Positions 1-7,909 of a stretch of DNA of 64,000 bases are shown piece by piece. Each line of letters starts with the position of its first letter. The stretch's first letter is position 1. The stretch lies in the NCBI GenBank assembly GCA_005889345.1, contig VBFR01000184.1, forward strand, positions 9,784 through 73,783, read 5' to 3'. Under the pieces are notes generated by a model that saw only the letters and a list, made by a program, of their open reading frames with translations, was not told where the DNA came from and did no database searches. This DNA comes from Chloroflexota bacterium (GTDB taxonomy: Bacteria > Chloroflexota > Dormibacteria > CF-121). A program made the position numbers and the translations under genes.

Positions 1-509
1 CCCGCAACGAGGCGCTGATGGATAAGTTCGGCGTCGCGGGGTACGTCGCCAAGCCCTGGGCGACCAAGACGATGCAGGATGAGTTGCGCCGGATCGGACA
101 GGGGATCAACCGCCGGCGCGACCGGGTGCGGGTGCTGCTGGTCCATCGCGACCGGCGGGCCCTGGCGACGCTGGCAGCCACGCTGGTGGAAGAGGGCTTC
201 GAGGTTTTCCGGGCGCCCGGGTTGCAGGAGGCACTGGAAAAGGCCCGTGCGGCCGCCCCCGACGTCGTGGTGCTGGCGCCTCCCGAGCCAGAGTGGGTGC
301 TGGGGCTCCGCGGCCTCCCGGGCCAGCCGGCCTTACTGGCCCTGGGTGAAGTTTCACTGAGGGTGCCAGCGACGGCGTGGAGCGCCGTTATACCCTCTGG
401 CCTCTCCGAGCCGGACGCCGTATTGCACGCCGTCAAGGGCTTGGACATCGTTCAGAGGCGAAGGAGGACCGGGCGTGACCGCCGGCAAGGTATTGATCGT
501 CGAAGATAA
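1..509 (+). CDS. Response-regulator-like protein, 5'-partial (end of a receiver domain, then a degenerate receiver and an Arg-rich tail)
   Basis: Frame 3 is open from nt 3 (RNEALMDKFGVAGYVAKPW, a receiver 'KP' motif), so the track ATG at 18 is internal. The second module VRVLLVHRDRR...DVVVLAPPEPEW has receiver layout but lacks the acidic pocket and phospho-Asp. It ends RRRRTGRDRRQGIDRRR and overlaps the next gene by 35 nt. Confidence 0.6.
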   Translation, partial: RNEALMDKFGVAGYVAKPWATKTMQDELRRIGQGINRRRDRVRVLLVHRDRRALATLAATLVEEGFEVFRAPGLQEALEKARAAAPDVVVLAPPEPEWVLGLRGLPGQPALLALGEVSLRVPATAWSAVIPSGLSEPDAVLHAVKGLDIVQRRRRTGRDRRQGIDRRR

Positions 510-864
510 CCCGGTCAACCTCCGGTTGGCCCAGTTCCTCCTGGAAAAGAAAGGCTTCAGCGTGCGCAAGGCCGGCAGCGGCGCCGAGTGCCTGGCGGAG
601 ATGACGCGCGAGCTGCCCGACATCGTCCTGATGGACATCCAGCTGCCGGGAGAGGATGGGCTGGCGATCACCCGCAAGATCCGTTCCGACCCCCGCATGG
701 CGGGCGTCGTCGTGGTCGCCCTCACCGCGCACGCCATGGCCGGCGATCGGGAGAAGATCCTCGGCGCCGGCTGCGACGGTTACATCCCCAAGCCGGTTGA
801 TCCACAAGGCCTACCCGGGGAGGTCGCCCGCTACCTGCAGCAGGGGCGGGTGAAGACCGCGTAA
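475..864 (+). CDS. Single-domain CheY-like response regulator (receiver only)
   Basis: GTG start. Contains VLIVEDNPVN, DIVLMDIQLPGEDG, VVALTAHAM and GYIPKPV, which is the full receiver signature (DD, D, T, K). Confidence 0.9.
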   Translation: MTAGKVLIVEDNPVNLRLAQFLLEKKGFSVRKAGSGAECLAEMTRELPDIVLMDIQLPGEDGLAITRKIRSDPRMAGVVVVALTAHAMAGDREKILGAGCDGYIPKPVDPQGLPGEVARYLQQGRVKTA

Positions 865-1229
865 TGAGCGAACAGTCAGGAAAGCCAACCCGCACGGGTG
901 AGCCCGCCCCCAAGGCCAGCCGCTCGTACCCGGAGATTCTTGAGCTCAACCAGGAGCTGTTCAAGAATCTGCAGGGCCTCATCGACGAGGACGAGGCCCG
1001 CAAGAAGGACCTCCTGGACACAAAGAATTCCTACGAGATGGCGCAAGCCGAGATTGCCCGCCTCGAGCGGGAGCTCCGCCAGTCGATCGAACGGGAAGCC
1101 GATCGCGCGGAGGAGCTCAGCCAGCTGGAACAGGAACGCGTCGACCAGCTGGGCGCCGTGAGCGCGCACCTCGACGCCATGCGGTCCGCAGTCGAGCGCT
1201 ACATGCAACAGGGACGGAAGGCCGCCTGA
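864..1229 (+). CDS. Small coiled-coil protein (121 aa), function unknown
   Basis: ATG shares 1 nt with the upstream TAA (TAATG). The sequence is heptad-like and rich in E/R/L/Q. Its N-terminal motif APKASRSYPEILELNQELFKNLQGL is paralogous to the N-terminus of the next gene. Confidence 0.7.
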   Translation: MSEQSGKPTRTGEPAPKASRSYPEILELNQELFKNLQGLIDEDEARKKDLLDTKNSYEMAQAEIARLERELRQSIEREADRAEELSQLEQERVDQLGAVSAHLDAMRSAVERYMQQGRKAA

Positions 1230-3823
1230 TGAGCCCCGAGGCACCCAAGGCGAAGTCCTTCGCCGACATCCTGCAGCAGAACCAGGAGTTCATCGCACAC
1301 CTGCAGACACTGCAGGACGACATGGGCACGCAGCTCGCCGAGACCGCCAAGGAATTGGAGCTGGTCAAGCGTCAGCTCGACGCCAAACAAGAGGAGCTCG
1401 ACGACCTGCAGAATGCCCAGCTGCAGTGGGCGATGGACCGGCAAGCCCTGCTCGAGCAGCACGAATCGCTCAAGAAGGGCCATGCGAATCTGCAGCAGAC
1501 CCACGAGCGGACGCAGGTGGACCTCGGCCGGATCAAAGATGAGCTGGCCCGCGCCAAGACGCGGGACGATGAGCGCGCCATGGAGCGCCAGGCGTTGGTC
1601 GACCAGCACGAGTCGCTCAAGCAGGGGCACATGGATCTCCAGCAAAGCCACGATCGGGCGCAGGTGGAACTGGCTCGCCTCAAGGACGACGTGGCCCGTT
1701 CCAAGACCCGCGACGAGGAGCGCCGCGGACAGCTCCGGCAACTCGAGCAGGAACGGATCCAGCTCGCCCAGAAGTACGAAGCGGACCAGAAGAAGGTCCG
1801 CAGCGACCTCAAGACCGCGGAGGACGATCTCAACAACCTGCAGACCTCCCAGCTCCAGTGGGCCGTCGACCGTGAGACCTTACTGAAGGATCGCGACGGT
1901 GCCGTCGCTCGGCAGGCGCAGCTGGAACAGGAATGGCAGAGGTCTCGGGTCGAGCTCACCCAGGAGAAGGCGCGCCTCCAGGACCTCACGGCGCAGTTGC
2001 AGCAGCAGCTGAAAGCGGCCCAGGGCGAACTCGAGCCGCTCAAGGCCGCCCGCGAGAAATGGCAGGCGGAGCGGCAGCGGCTGATTGCGGATGTCGCCCG
2101 GCTGGAGCAGGGCGGGCAGGCCGCCGACGCGCAGTACAAGGCCGATCGCAAGCTGCTCCAGGGGCAGCTGGAAGAGGCCCGCAGGAAGGGCGCCGACCTC
2201 GACAAGGCCGAGGCCGAATTCCAGCGTCTCAGTGACGAGCGGTCCGCGCTCCTGACCAAGGTCAAGGCGCTCGAGAAGGACTGGCAGAGCCGCGAGGCGT
2301 CCTTCGCCGAGGAGAAGGCGGCACTCAAGAAGCAGGCCGCGGAATCGTCGGCCCGGCTGGCCGCCACCCAGCAGGACTACGAAAAGATCAAAGCGCTGCA
2401 CGCCGACCTCGCCGGCGAGACCGGCCGCAAAGCCGAGGAGTGGACTGGCCGCGAGCAGCGGCTGACGGCTGAGAAGAACCAGCTCAAGGTCGATCTGGAG
2501 CGGATCCAGGCCCAGCTCTCCGACATGATGTCGCAGACCAATGAGCTCCAGAACCGGCGCGCCGGCGAGGCCAAGGAGCTGGAGCTGGCCTGGCAGCGGG
2601 AGAAGGCCTCCCTCAAGGCGCAGCTCGAAGAAGCTCGCAAAGCCGCCGGCAGCGGCCCGCCGACCAGCCAGGTGCTGGCGCGCTATGAGGCGGAGAAGCG
2701 CGCCATGCAGGCGCAGCTGGAGGGCCTCAAGGTGGAGCTGAGCGCCAGTGGCAAGAACAAGGACGCCGCGCCGGCCCTGAGCCAGGCCAAGCGGGATTTC
2801 GAGGCCAAGTTCCGTGTCATCTACGACCAGAGCCACGACCTCAACTCGCCCCTCAATGCCATCATCGGCTTCTCCGAGATCCTGCTCGACGAGAAGGCGA
2901 ATAAGACGACGCCGGAGGAGCGACGCGAGTTTGTCGCGCACATCAACGAAAGCGGCAAACGGCTGGTCGAGCACATCCGCGAGCTGATCGAGTTCGCCAA
3001 GCAGGAGGCCGGCATCCAGGAGCGGCCGGTGCAGATCATTCCGCCCGTGGGGGCCGGGACCAAGGCGCCCGTCATCCTCGTCGCCGACAATGACCCGGCG
3101 GTCAAGGAGCGCATCGAGCCCTTCCTCAGCCACGCGGGCTACGAGGTAGTGATCGCCGCCAGCGCGCAGGAGGCACTGCGCAAGGCAGTGCAGCTCCAGC
3201 CGCTCGCCGTGCTGATCGACACCCAGCTCCCGCCCAATGGCGGCAGCGGCCTCGTCTACGACCTGCGCCGCGAGTCGAAGACGAAGGACATCCCCATCGT
3301 GCTGACCTCCAAGGTCAACAAAGAATCGCTGCCCTTTGACATCGGCCAGGCCGACTTCCTGACCAAGCCCATCGACCGGCAGCAGCTGCTTCAGATGATG
3401 GTGAAGTTCGACTTGCTGGCCGACGGCAAGAAGGGCAAGAAGACGCCGTCGTCGATCTTGATCGTGGATGACGACCCGCAGAATATCCGGCTGGTCAAGG
3501 CGATGCTCAAGCCGTTCAACATGGAGATCATGGTGGCCGACGGTGGCAAGGCGGGCCTGGAGCTGGCCCTCAAGAAGAAGCCGGACATGATCATCCTCGA
3601 CCTGATGATGCCCGATGTCGACGGCTTCGAAGTCGTCTCCAAGCTCCGCGAGGATCCAGCGGCGAGCCAGATCCCCATCCTTATCTATACAGCGAAAAAC
3701 ATCAGCAGCGAGGACCGTGAGCGCCTGCAGGGGAACATCCAGTCGATCATCCAGAAGGGGGACTTCGGCAAGGACCGCTTCCTGGAGATGATCAACAACC
3801 TTCAAACCAGCCAGGCCGCTTAG
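1229..3823 (+). CDS. Giant coiled-coil protein with a HisKA-like DHp domain and two receiver domains, lacking a kinase ATPase domain
   Basis: The start overlaps the upstream stop (TGATG). About 520 aa of coiled coil are followed by the H-box YDQSHDLNSPLNAIIGFSEILL. Only about 45 aa later comes REC1 (VILVADND, LIDTQLP, VLTS, FLTKP), then REC2 (ILIVDDDP, IILDLMMPDVDG, IYTA, IQKG). No N/G1/F/G2 ATP-lid motifs were seen. Confidence 0.85.
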   Translation: MSPEAPKAKSFADILQQNQEFIAHLQTLQDDMGTQLAETAKELELVKRQLDAKQEELDDLQNAQLQWAMDRQALLEQHESLKKGHANLQQTHERTQVDLGRIKDELARAKTRDDERAMERQALVDQHESLKQGHMDLQQSHDRAQVELARLKDDVARSKTRDEERRGQLRQLEQERIQLAQKYEADQKKVRSDLKTAEDDLNNLQTSQLQWAVDRETLLKDRDGAVARQAQLEQEWQRSRVELTQEKARLQDLTAQLQQQLKAAQGELEPLKAAREKWQAERQRLIADVARLEQGGQAADAQYKADRKLLQGQLEEARRKGADLDKAEAEFQRLSDERSALLTKVKALEKDWQSREASFAEEKAALKKQAAESSARLAATQQDYEKIKALHADLAGETGRKAEEWTGREQRLTAEKNQLKVDLERIQAQLSDMMSQTNELQNRRAGEAKELELAWQREKASLKAQLEEARKAAGSGPPTSQVLARYEAEKRAMQAQLEGLKVELSASGKNKDAAPALSQAKRDFEAKFRVIYDQSHDLNSPLNAIIGFSEILLDEKANKTTPEERREFVAHINESGKRLVEHIRELIEFAKQEAGIQERPVQIIPPVGAGTKAPVILVADNDPAVKERIEPFLSHAGYEVVIAASAQEALRKAVQLQPLAVLIDTQLPPNGGSGLVYDLRRESKTKDIPIVLTSKVNKESLPFDIGQADFLTKPIDRQQLLQMMVKFDLLADGKKGKKTPSSILIVDDDPQNIRLVKAMLKPFNMEIMVADGGKAGLELALKKKPDMIILDLMMPDVDGFEVVSKLREDPAASQIPILIYTAKNISSEDRERLQGNIQSIIQKGDFGKDRFLEMINNLQTSQAA
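1433..1726 (+). repeat. Tandem 147-nt (49-codon) in-frame duplication inside the coiled-coil gene
   Basis: MDRQALLEQHESLKKGHANLQQTHERTQVDLGRIKDELARAKTRDDERA (1433-1579) is followed directly by MERQALVDQHESLKQGHMDLQQSHDRAQVELARLKDDVARSKTRDEERR (1580-1726). Confidence 0.85.
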
Positions 3824-3838
3824 GACCAAAGGGCTCCG

Positions 3839-6103
3839 ATGACTGCCCTCGACCGCCAGTTCGTCAAGCTCCGCTTCGCCGCGCTGGTCATTCCCATCGG
3901 CCTGCTCTTCTGGCTCAATTCGGCGTCGGTGCCGGTCACCATCCTGCTCGCCGGGTTGCTGGCCGCCTACAACGGCGTGGCGACGCTGGCCATTCAGAAG
4001 AAGTCCGTCCCGCGCTTTACGCGACCGATGGCGGTGCTTCTGCTCGTGCTGGATCACCTGGTGGTCAGCGGCTGGATCCTCTTGTTCGCGACGCCGTCGT
4101 CCAGCCTTCCCTACCTTCTCTACGCGCTGGTCGCGGCGGAGGCGGTTTTCCGCTTCGACCTCTGGGGCGGGATCGGGACCAGCCTTTTCTTCACGGTCGG
4201 CATCATCCTGTTCCAGACCAGCGATCTCGGCCTGGCCATCTCGGTGCGGGAGTCGATCCTGCGTGCGATCCCGACCGTCGCCGTCATCACCGGCCTGGGC
4301 GCCGCCGTGCGGGCGATGAATACCGAGATTCGGGGAACCCGGCGGCGGCTCGATCAGACCGAGCAGCTGCGCAACGTCCTGGGCGAGCTGGTCGGCCAGC
4401 TCGATGTGTCGCGCATGCTGTACACGGTCATTCGTTGCGGACTCGAGATTCTGCAAATGGACTCGGGGGCGATCGTGCTGCTCGACGAGGACCGCGGGGT
4501 CTTTACGCTGCGCGCCGCCATTCATCTCCCGGAAGCGATCGAAGGCACCGCGATCTCGGCGGGCGACGGCATCGTGGGACGGGTGGTGCGGGAGCGGGGT
4601 TTCGTGACGCTCGGCGAGTCGCCACTGTTCGACCTGCCGGCGCTCAATCACGCCGGCTACTCATGGGTCTTCGGTACCCCGGTGCTGCTCGAAGGCAAGG
4701 TCTCGGGCGTGCTGCATCTGCAAACGCGTGAGAGCGAGCGGCGCCTCACACGCTGGGAAGAGGAGGCGCTGGAGGTCCTTGCCCAGCAATTGGCGGTCGC
4801 GCTGCGCAATGTCCGCCTGTTCGAGGAGACGGAGAAGCGTGCCCGCCGCCTGGAGCTCCTCAACCGATCGATCGACCAGATGAACCAGAAGCTCTTCGAG
4901 CCGGAGCTGCTCGACATCATGGCCACCGCGCTCACCGGCAACCTCGGGTTCGCGGCGGCCCAAATCTGGCTCCTGGAGCAGAGCGACGGCGCGCTCTGGC
5001 GCCGGGCCGGCCATCACACGACGCGCAACGCCCCGCCCGTTGCCGGACGCGTGGAGCGCGGCATGGGGGAGATCGGGCAGGTGGCCGAGCTGCGCGTGCC
5101 GATCGTCACCAACGATCCGGCCAACCACCGGCAACTGTCACTCAACCCCTGGATGTCGGAAGAAGGGATCCATGCCTTCGCCGGCTTCCCCATGGTGGTC
5201 GGCGACCAGTTGCTGGGCGTGCTCGCCATCTACCATCGGCGCCCGCTGGATCGCAACACGATCGAGCTCCTCACGCTCTTCGCGCAGCATGCCGCGACCG
5301 CCATCCAGGAGGCGCACCTCTTCCACCTCGCGACCGAGCAGACGGCGCGACTGGGGGCAGTCAACGCCGAACTCGAACGCGCCAACCAGCACAAAGCGGA
5401 GTTCCTGGCGAACATGAGCCACGAGCTGCGCACCCCACTGAACTCGATCCTCGGCTTCTCTCAGCTGCTACTCGAGGGCGACGGTGGCATCTTGACCCGC
5501 GACCAGCGTCAGGATGTCGACATCATCGCCCAGAACGGACAACACTTACTGGTCTTGATCAACGACCTGCTCGACATCTCCAAGCTCGAGGCCGGGAAAG
5601 CGCAGCTCCACCGCGGCGAGGTCGAGGTCGAACCATTGATTTCCGAGTGCGTGGAGAGTGTTAGCTCGCTGGCCAAGAACAAGAAGCTCGAACTCACCGC
5701 CAGTGTTTCAGCCGAGGTCGGCCGCGTCTTTGCGGATGCTCCAAAGCTGAAGCAGGTTCTCCTGAACCTGCTGGGCAACGCGATCAAGTTCACGGAGACC
5801 GGCAGCGTGCGCGTCACGGCCGAACGCCAGGGAGCGGAGCTGCGCATCAGCGTCCGCGATACCGGCATCGGCGTGCCGCCGGAAGACGCCGAGCGCATCT
5901 TCGAAAGCTTCCAGCAGGGTCAGAGCGGGATCAGCGGCAAGTACCAGGGTACCGGGTTGGGGCTGGCGATCTCTCGCCGGCTGGTCGAGATGCACGGCGG
6001 GCGGATCTGGGTGAAGAGCGCGCCCGGCCAGGGCAGCACGTTTACCTTCACCATCCCGCAGCGGGCCCTCCCTGAAGCCATCGACCTCACCACCGCCGCT
6101 TAA
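3839..6103 (+). CDS. Membrane sensor histidine kinase (multi-TM N-terminus, two GAF-like domains, HisKA, HATPase_c)
   Basis: About 5 hydrophobic helices at the N-terminus. Two GAF-like modules. H-box FLANMSHELRTPLNSILGFSQLL. ATPase boxes LLGNAIKFT, RDTGIGV and GTGLGLAISRRLVEMHGG. Confidence 0.93.
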   Translation: MTALDRQFVKLRFAALVIPIGLLFWLNSASVPVTILLAGLLAAYNGVATLAIQKKSVPRFTRPMAVLLLVLDHLVVSGWILLFATPSSSLPYLLYALVAAEAVFRFDLWGGIGTSLFFTVGIILFQTSDLGLAISVRESILRAIPTVAVITGLGAAVRAMNTEIRGTRRRLDQTEQLRNVLGELVGQLDVSRMLYTVIRCGLEILQMDSGAIVLLDEDRGVFTLRAAIHLPEAIEGTAISAGDGIVGRVVRERGFVTLGESPLFDLPALNHAGYSWVFGTPVLLEGKVSGVLHLQTRESERRLTRWEEEALEVLAQQLAVALRNVRLFEETEKRARRLELLNRSIDQMNQKLFEPELLDIMATALTGNLGFAAAQIWLLEQSDGALWRRAGHHTTRNAPPVAGRVERGMGEIGQVAELRVPIVTNDPANHRQLSLNPWMSEEGIHAFAGFPMVVGDQLLGVLAIYHRRPLDRNTIELLTLFAQHAATAIQEAHLFHLATEQTARLGAVNAELERANQHKAEFLANMSHELRTPLNSILGFSQLLLEGDGGILTRDQRQDVDIIAQNGQHLLVLINDLLDISKLEAGKAQLHRGEVEVEPLISECVESVSSLAKNKKLELTASVSAEVGRVFADAPKLKQVLLNLLGNAIKFTETGSVRVTAERQGAELRISVRDTGIGVPPEDAERIFESFQQGQSGISGKYQGTGLGLAISRRLVEMHGGRIWVKSAPGQGSTFTFTIPQRALPEAIDLTTAA

Positions 6104-6693
6104 CCGAGCACCCCGGTGATGAGCGCGATGGCGACGAGCACCATGACGCCGGCCGCGGCGAACTGCAGGGGTCGCTCCGGGACCCAGGCGCCGAGGCGAT
6201 TGCCGAGCGTGACGGCGATCGCGGAGACGGCCCAGAGCGCCAGGGTGGCGGCGACGAAAACCAGCACGGCCTGCTGATAGCGGGCCTGCAGCGCCGCAGT
6301 GGCGAGTTGCGTGAGGTCGCCCCACTCGGCGACGAAGACCACGATGAAGGCGGTCATGAACGGACGGCGGCGTCGAGCCTCTTCTTGCTCGACCGCCCGC
6401 TCCTCATCGGCCTCATCCCTGCGGAGATTGCGGCGAATCAGGAGTGCCGCCATACCGAGGAAGAGAATCCCTGCCCCGATCCGAATCGGTTCGCGCGGAA
6501 GCAGGCTCAGCAGTGAGCCGGCGACGACTGCGACAGCGCTCTGGATGACAAATGCGGCCGCCGCGCCGAGGAAGACCGGAAGCGGCCGATGGCGGGTCGC
6601 CAGCAGCAGGGCGGCCAGCGCTGTCTTGTCGGGAAGCTCGAGCAGGAAGATGACGGTGAAGACGGTGAACCCGAGACCCAGCACGTGCATCAC
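6100..6693 (-). CDS. UPF0016 / GDT1 (TMEM165) family cation transporter (putative Mn2+/Ca2+ exporter)
   Basis: Two internal repeats carry the family motif E-x-G/P-D-x-T (ELPDKTALAAL and EWGDLTQLATAAL) in a 6-TM layout. Its TAA shares a TTAA with the convergent kinase stop. Confidence 0.8.
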   Translation of the reverse strand: MMHVLGLGFTVFTVIFLLELPDKTALAALLLATRHRPLPVFLGAAAAFVIQSAVAVVAGSLLSLLPREPIRIGAGILFLGMAALLIRRNLRRDEADEERAVEQEEARRRRPFMTAFIVVFVAEWGDLTQLATAALQARYQQAVLVFVAATLALWAVSAIAVTLGNRLGAWVPERPLQFAAAGVMVLVAIALITGVLG

Positions 6694-6728
6694 TGGGGAG
6701 GAAGTCTAAGCGCGGGTCGCGTCCCCGC

Positions 6729-6797
6729 TCAGTGCAACCAGAGCGGGAAGGAGAGGACGAACACGAGCAGGCCGAGGGCGAGGGTGCGCATGCTCAT
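6729..6797 (-). CDS. Possible 22-aa hydrophobic peptide (MSMRTLALGLLVFVLSFPLWLH)
   Basis: Too short for the ORF track. Its ATG overlaps the TGA of the upstream response regulator (ATGA). Nearly all third positions are G/C. It ends 35 nt upstream of the GDT1 transporter start. Confidence 0.4.
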   Translation of the reverse strand: MSMRTLALGLLVFVLSFPLWLH

Positions 6798-7660
6798 CCG
6801 GCCAGTGCCATCGGTTCTTGCCCGGCGGGGTAGTTGACCTTGGCGCTGAAGCGATACCCGACCCCACGCTTGGTCTGGATGTAAACCGGCTTGCTGGGAT
6901 TGGCTTCGATCTTGCTGCGCAGACGCGAGATGTGCACCCGCAGCCCTTCCTCGTAGGCTTCCTCGTCGCCGGCCCAGGCCTTGGCCAGCAGGGTTTCGTT
7001 GGTGACCACCCGTCCGGCATTGCGGACGAGGAGGAAGAGCAGCTTGGACTCGGTCGGCGTGAGCGTGACTTGCTGGCCCTTCACGCGCGCCCAGTGCTGG
7101 ACGAAGTTGATCTGGAGGTCCTGGTCGATGACGACCTCGGGCTGCTCGACGCCGGCGGATTCACCGTAGCGGCGCAGCACCCGCTGCACGCGCGCGACCA
7201 GCTCTTCCTTTTCGAACGGCTTGACGATGTAGTCCTCGGCGTACATCTGCAGGCCTTCGACCTTGCTCTCGATGGCGGCGACGGCGCTGAGGATCACGAT
7301 GGGAACGTCGAGGTGGCTCTTGATGCGGCGGCAGAGTTCGAAGCCGTCCATCTCCGGCATCATCAGGTCGACGACGACCAGGTGGGGGATGCCTTCATGG
7401 AGTTTGCGCAGTGCCTCGGGGCCGCTGCCGGCGGTCATGACCTCGTAGCCCGCGTGCTCGAGGATCCGCTTGAGGATCTCGCGCGCCATGGCATCGTCGT
7501 CGACGATCAGAATCCGGTAGCGGTTGACGATGTTTAACCCCTCTCTTCCGGCCGCCATCGCACGTCGCGCCGCGGACCGGCCGCCATGAATTTGGACCTG
7601 CGGCTGCTGGCTCAGGTCCGACTGGAGAGCCGGCAAAGATATATGGCCCTCGTCATTCAT
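6794..7660 (-). CDS. OmpR/PhoB-family response regulator (receiver + winged-helix DNA-binding domain)
   Basis: Contains RILIVDDDAMAREIL, VVVDLMMPEMDGFEL, ILSA and YIVKPF. The C-terminal domain has LTPTESKLLFLL...RVHISRLRSKIE...IQTKRGVGYRF. The start is uncertain: ATG 7660 versus an internal Met about 34 codons downstream. Confidence 0.9.
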   Translation of the reverse strand: MNDEGHISLPALQSDLSQQPQVQIHGGRSAARRAMAAGREGLNIVNRYRILIVDDDAMAREILKRILEHAGYEVMTAGSGPEALRKLHEGIPHLVVVDLMMPEMDGFELCRRIKSHLDVPIVILSAVAAIESKVEGLQMYAEDYIVKPFEKEELVARVQRVLRRYGESAGVEQPEVVIDQDLQINFVQHWARVKGQQVTLTPTESKLLFLLVRNAGRVVTNETLLAKAWAGDEEAYEEGLRVHISRLRSKIEANPSKPVYIQTKRGVGYRFSAKVNYPAGQEPMALAG

Positions 7661-7769
7661 TTCCTTACGATTCCTCTTTACGATGTGATGACTCTTGTCG
7701 CGTCAGGGTCACATCAACCGCGGCGGCTGGGCGACTGCATCCCACCATAGAGAGGCAGGCTTACGGCGC

Positions 7770-7798
7770 TTGTTACAGGCTCGTGGCTGGGGTAAAAT
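7770..7798 (+). promoter_or_regulatory. Putative sigma-70-type promoter for tRNA-Leu
   Basis: TTGTTA (7770-7775), a 17-nt spacer, then TAAAAT (7793-7798). The tRNA 5' end lies 13 nt downstream. Confidence 0.45.
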
Positions 7799-7810
7799 CG
7801 CATCGCCCTC

Positions 7811-7894
7811 GCCCGGGTGGTGGAATTGGTAGACACGCAGCTTTGAGGGGGCTGTGAGCGCAAGCTTGTAAGGGTTCAACTCCCTTCCCGGGCA
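7811..7894 (+). tRNA. tRNA-Leu (anticodon GAG), class II with long variable arm, no encoded CCA
   Basis: Folded by hand. Acceptor GCCCGGG/CCCGGGC, D-arm GTG/CAC with loop GAATTGGTAGA, anticodon stem CAGCT/GGCTG with loop TTGAGGG, a 15-nt variable arm, and T-arm AAGGG-TTCAACT-CCCTT. Confidence 0.9.
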
Positions 7895-7909
7895 GAGCCT
7901 CCAACTACG

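Noticed and set aside
1880-4651. A 923-aa minus-strand ORF, the longest ORF on that strand
   Set aside because: It lies antisense to two well-supported plus-strand genes and bridges their intergenic gap. The product is low-complexity (L/R/G/E/Q/D/A) with no motifs. This is a typical shadow ORF of a high-GC genome.
6691-6800. A yybP-ykoY (Mn2+) riboswitch upstream of the GDT1/UPF0016 transporter
   Set aside because: Only about 100 nt are available between the regulator stop and the transporter start. They are occupied by a coding-like small ORF, and I could not find the conserved riboswitch core helices by eye. A covariance-model scan (Rfam RF00080) would settle it.
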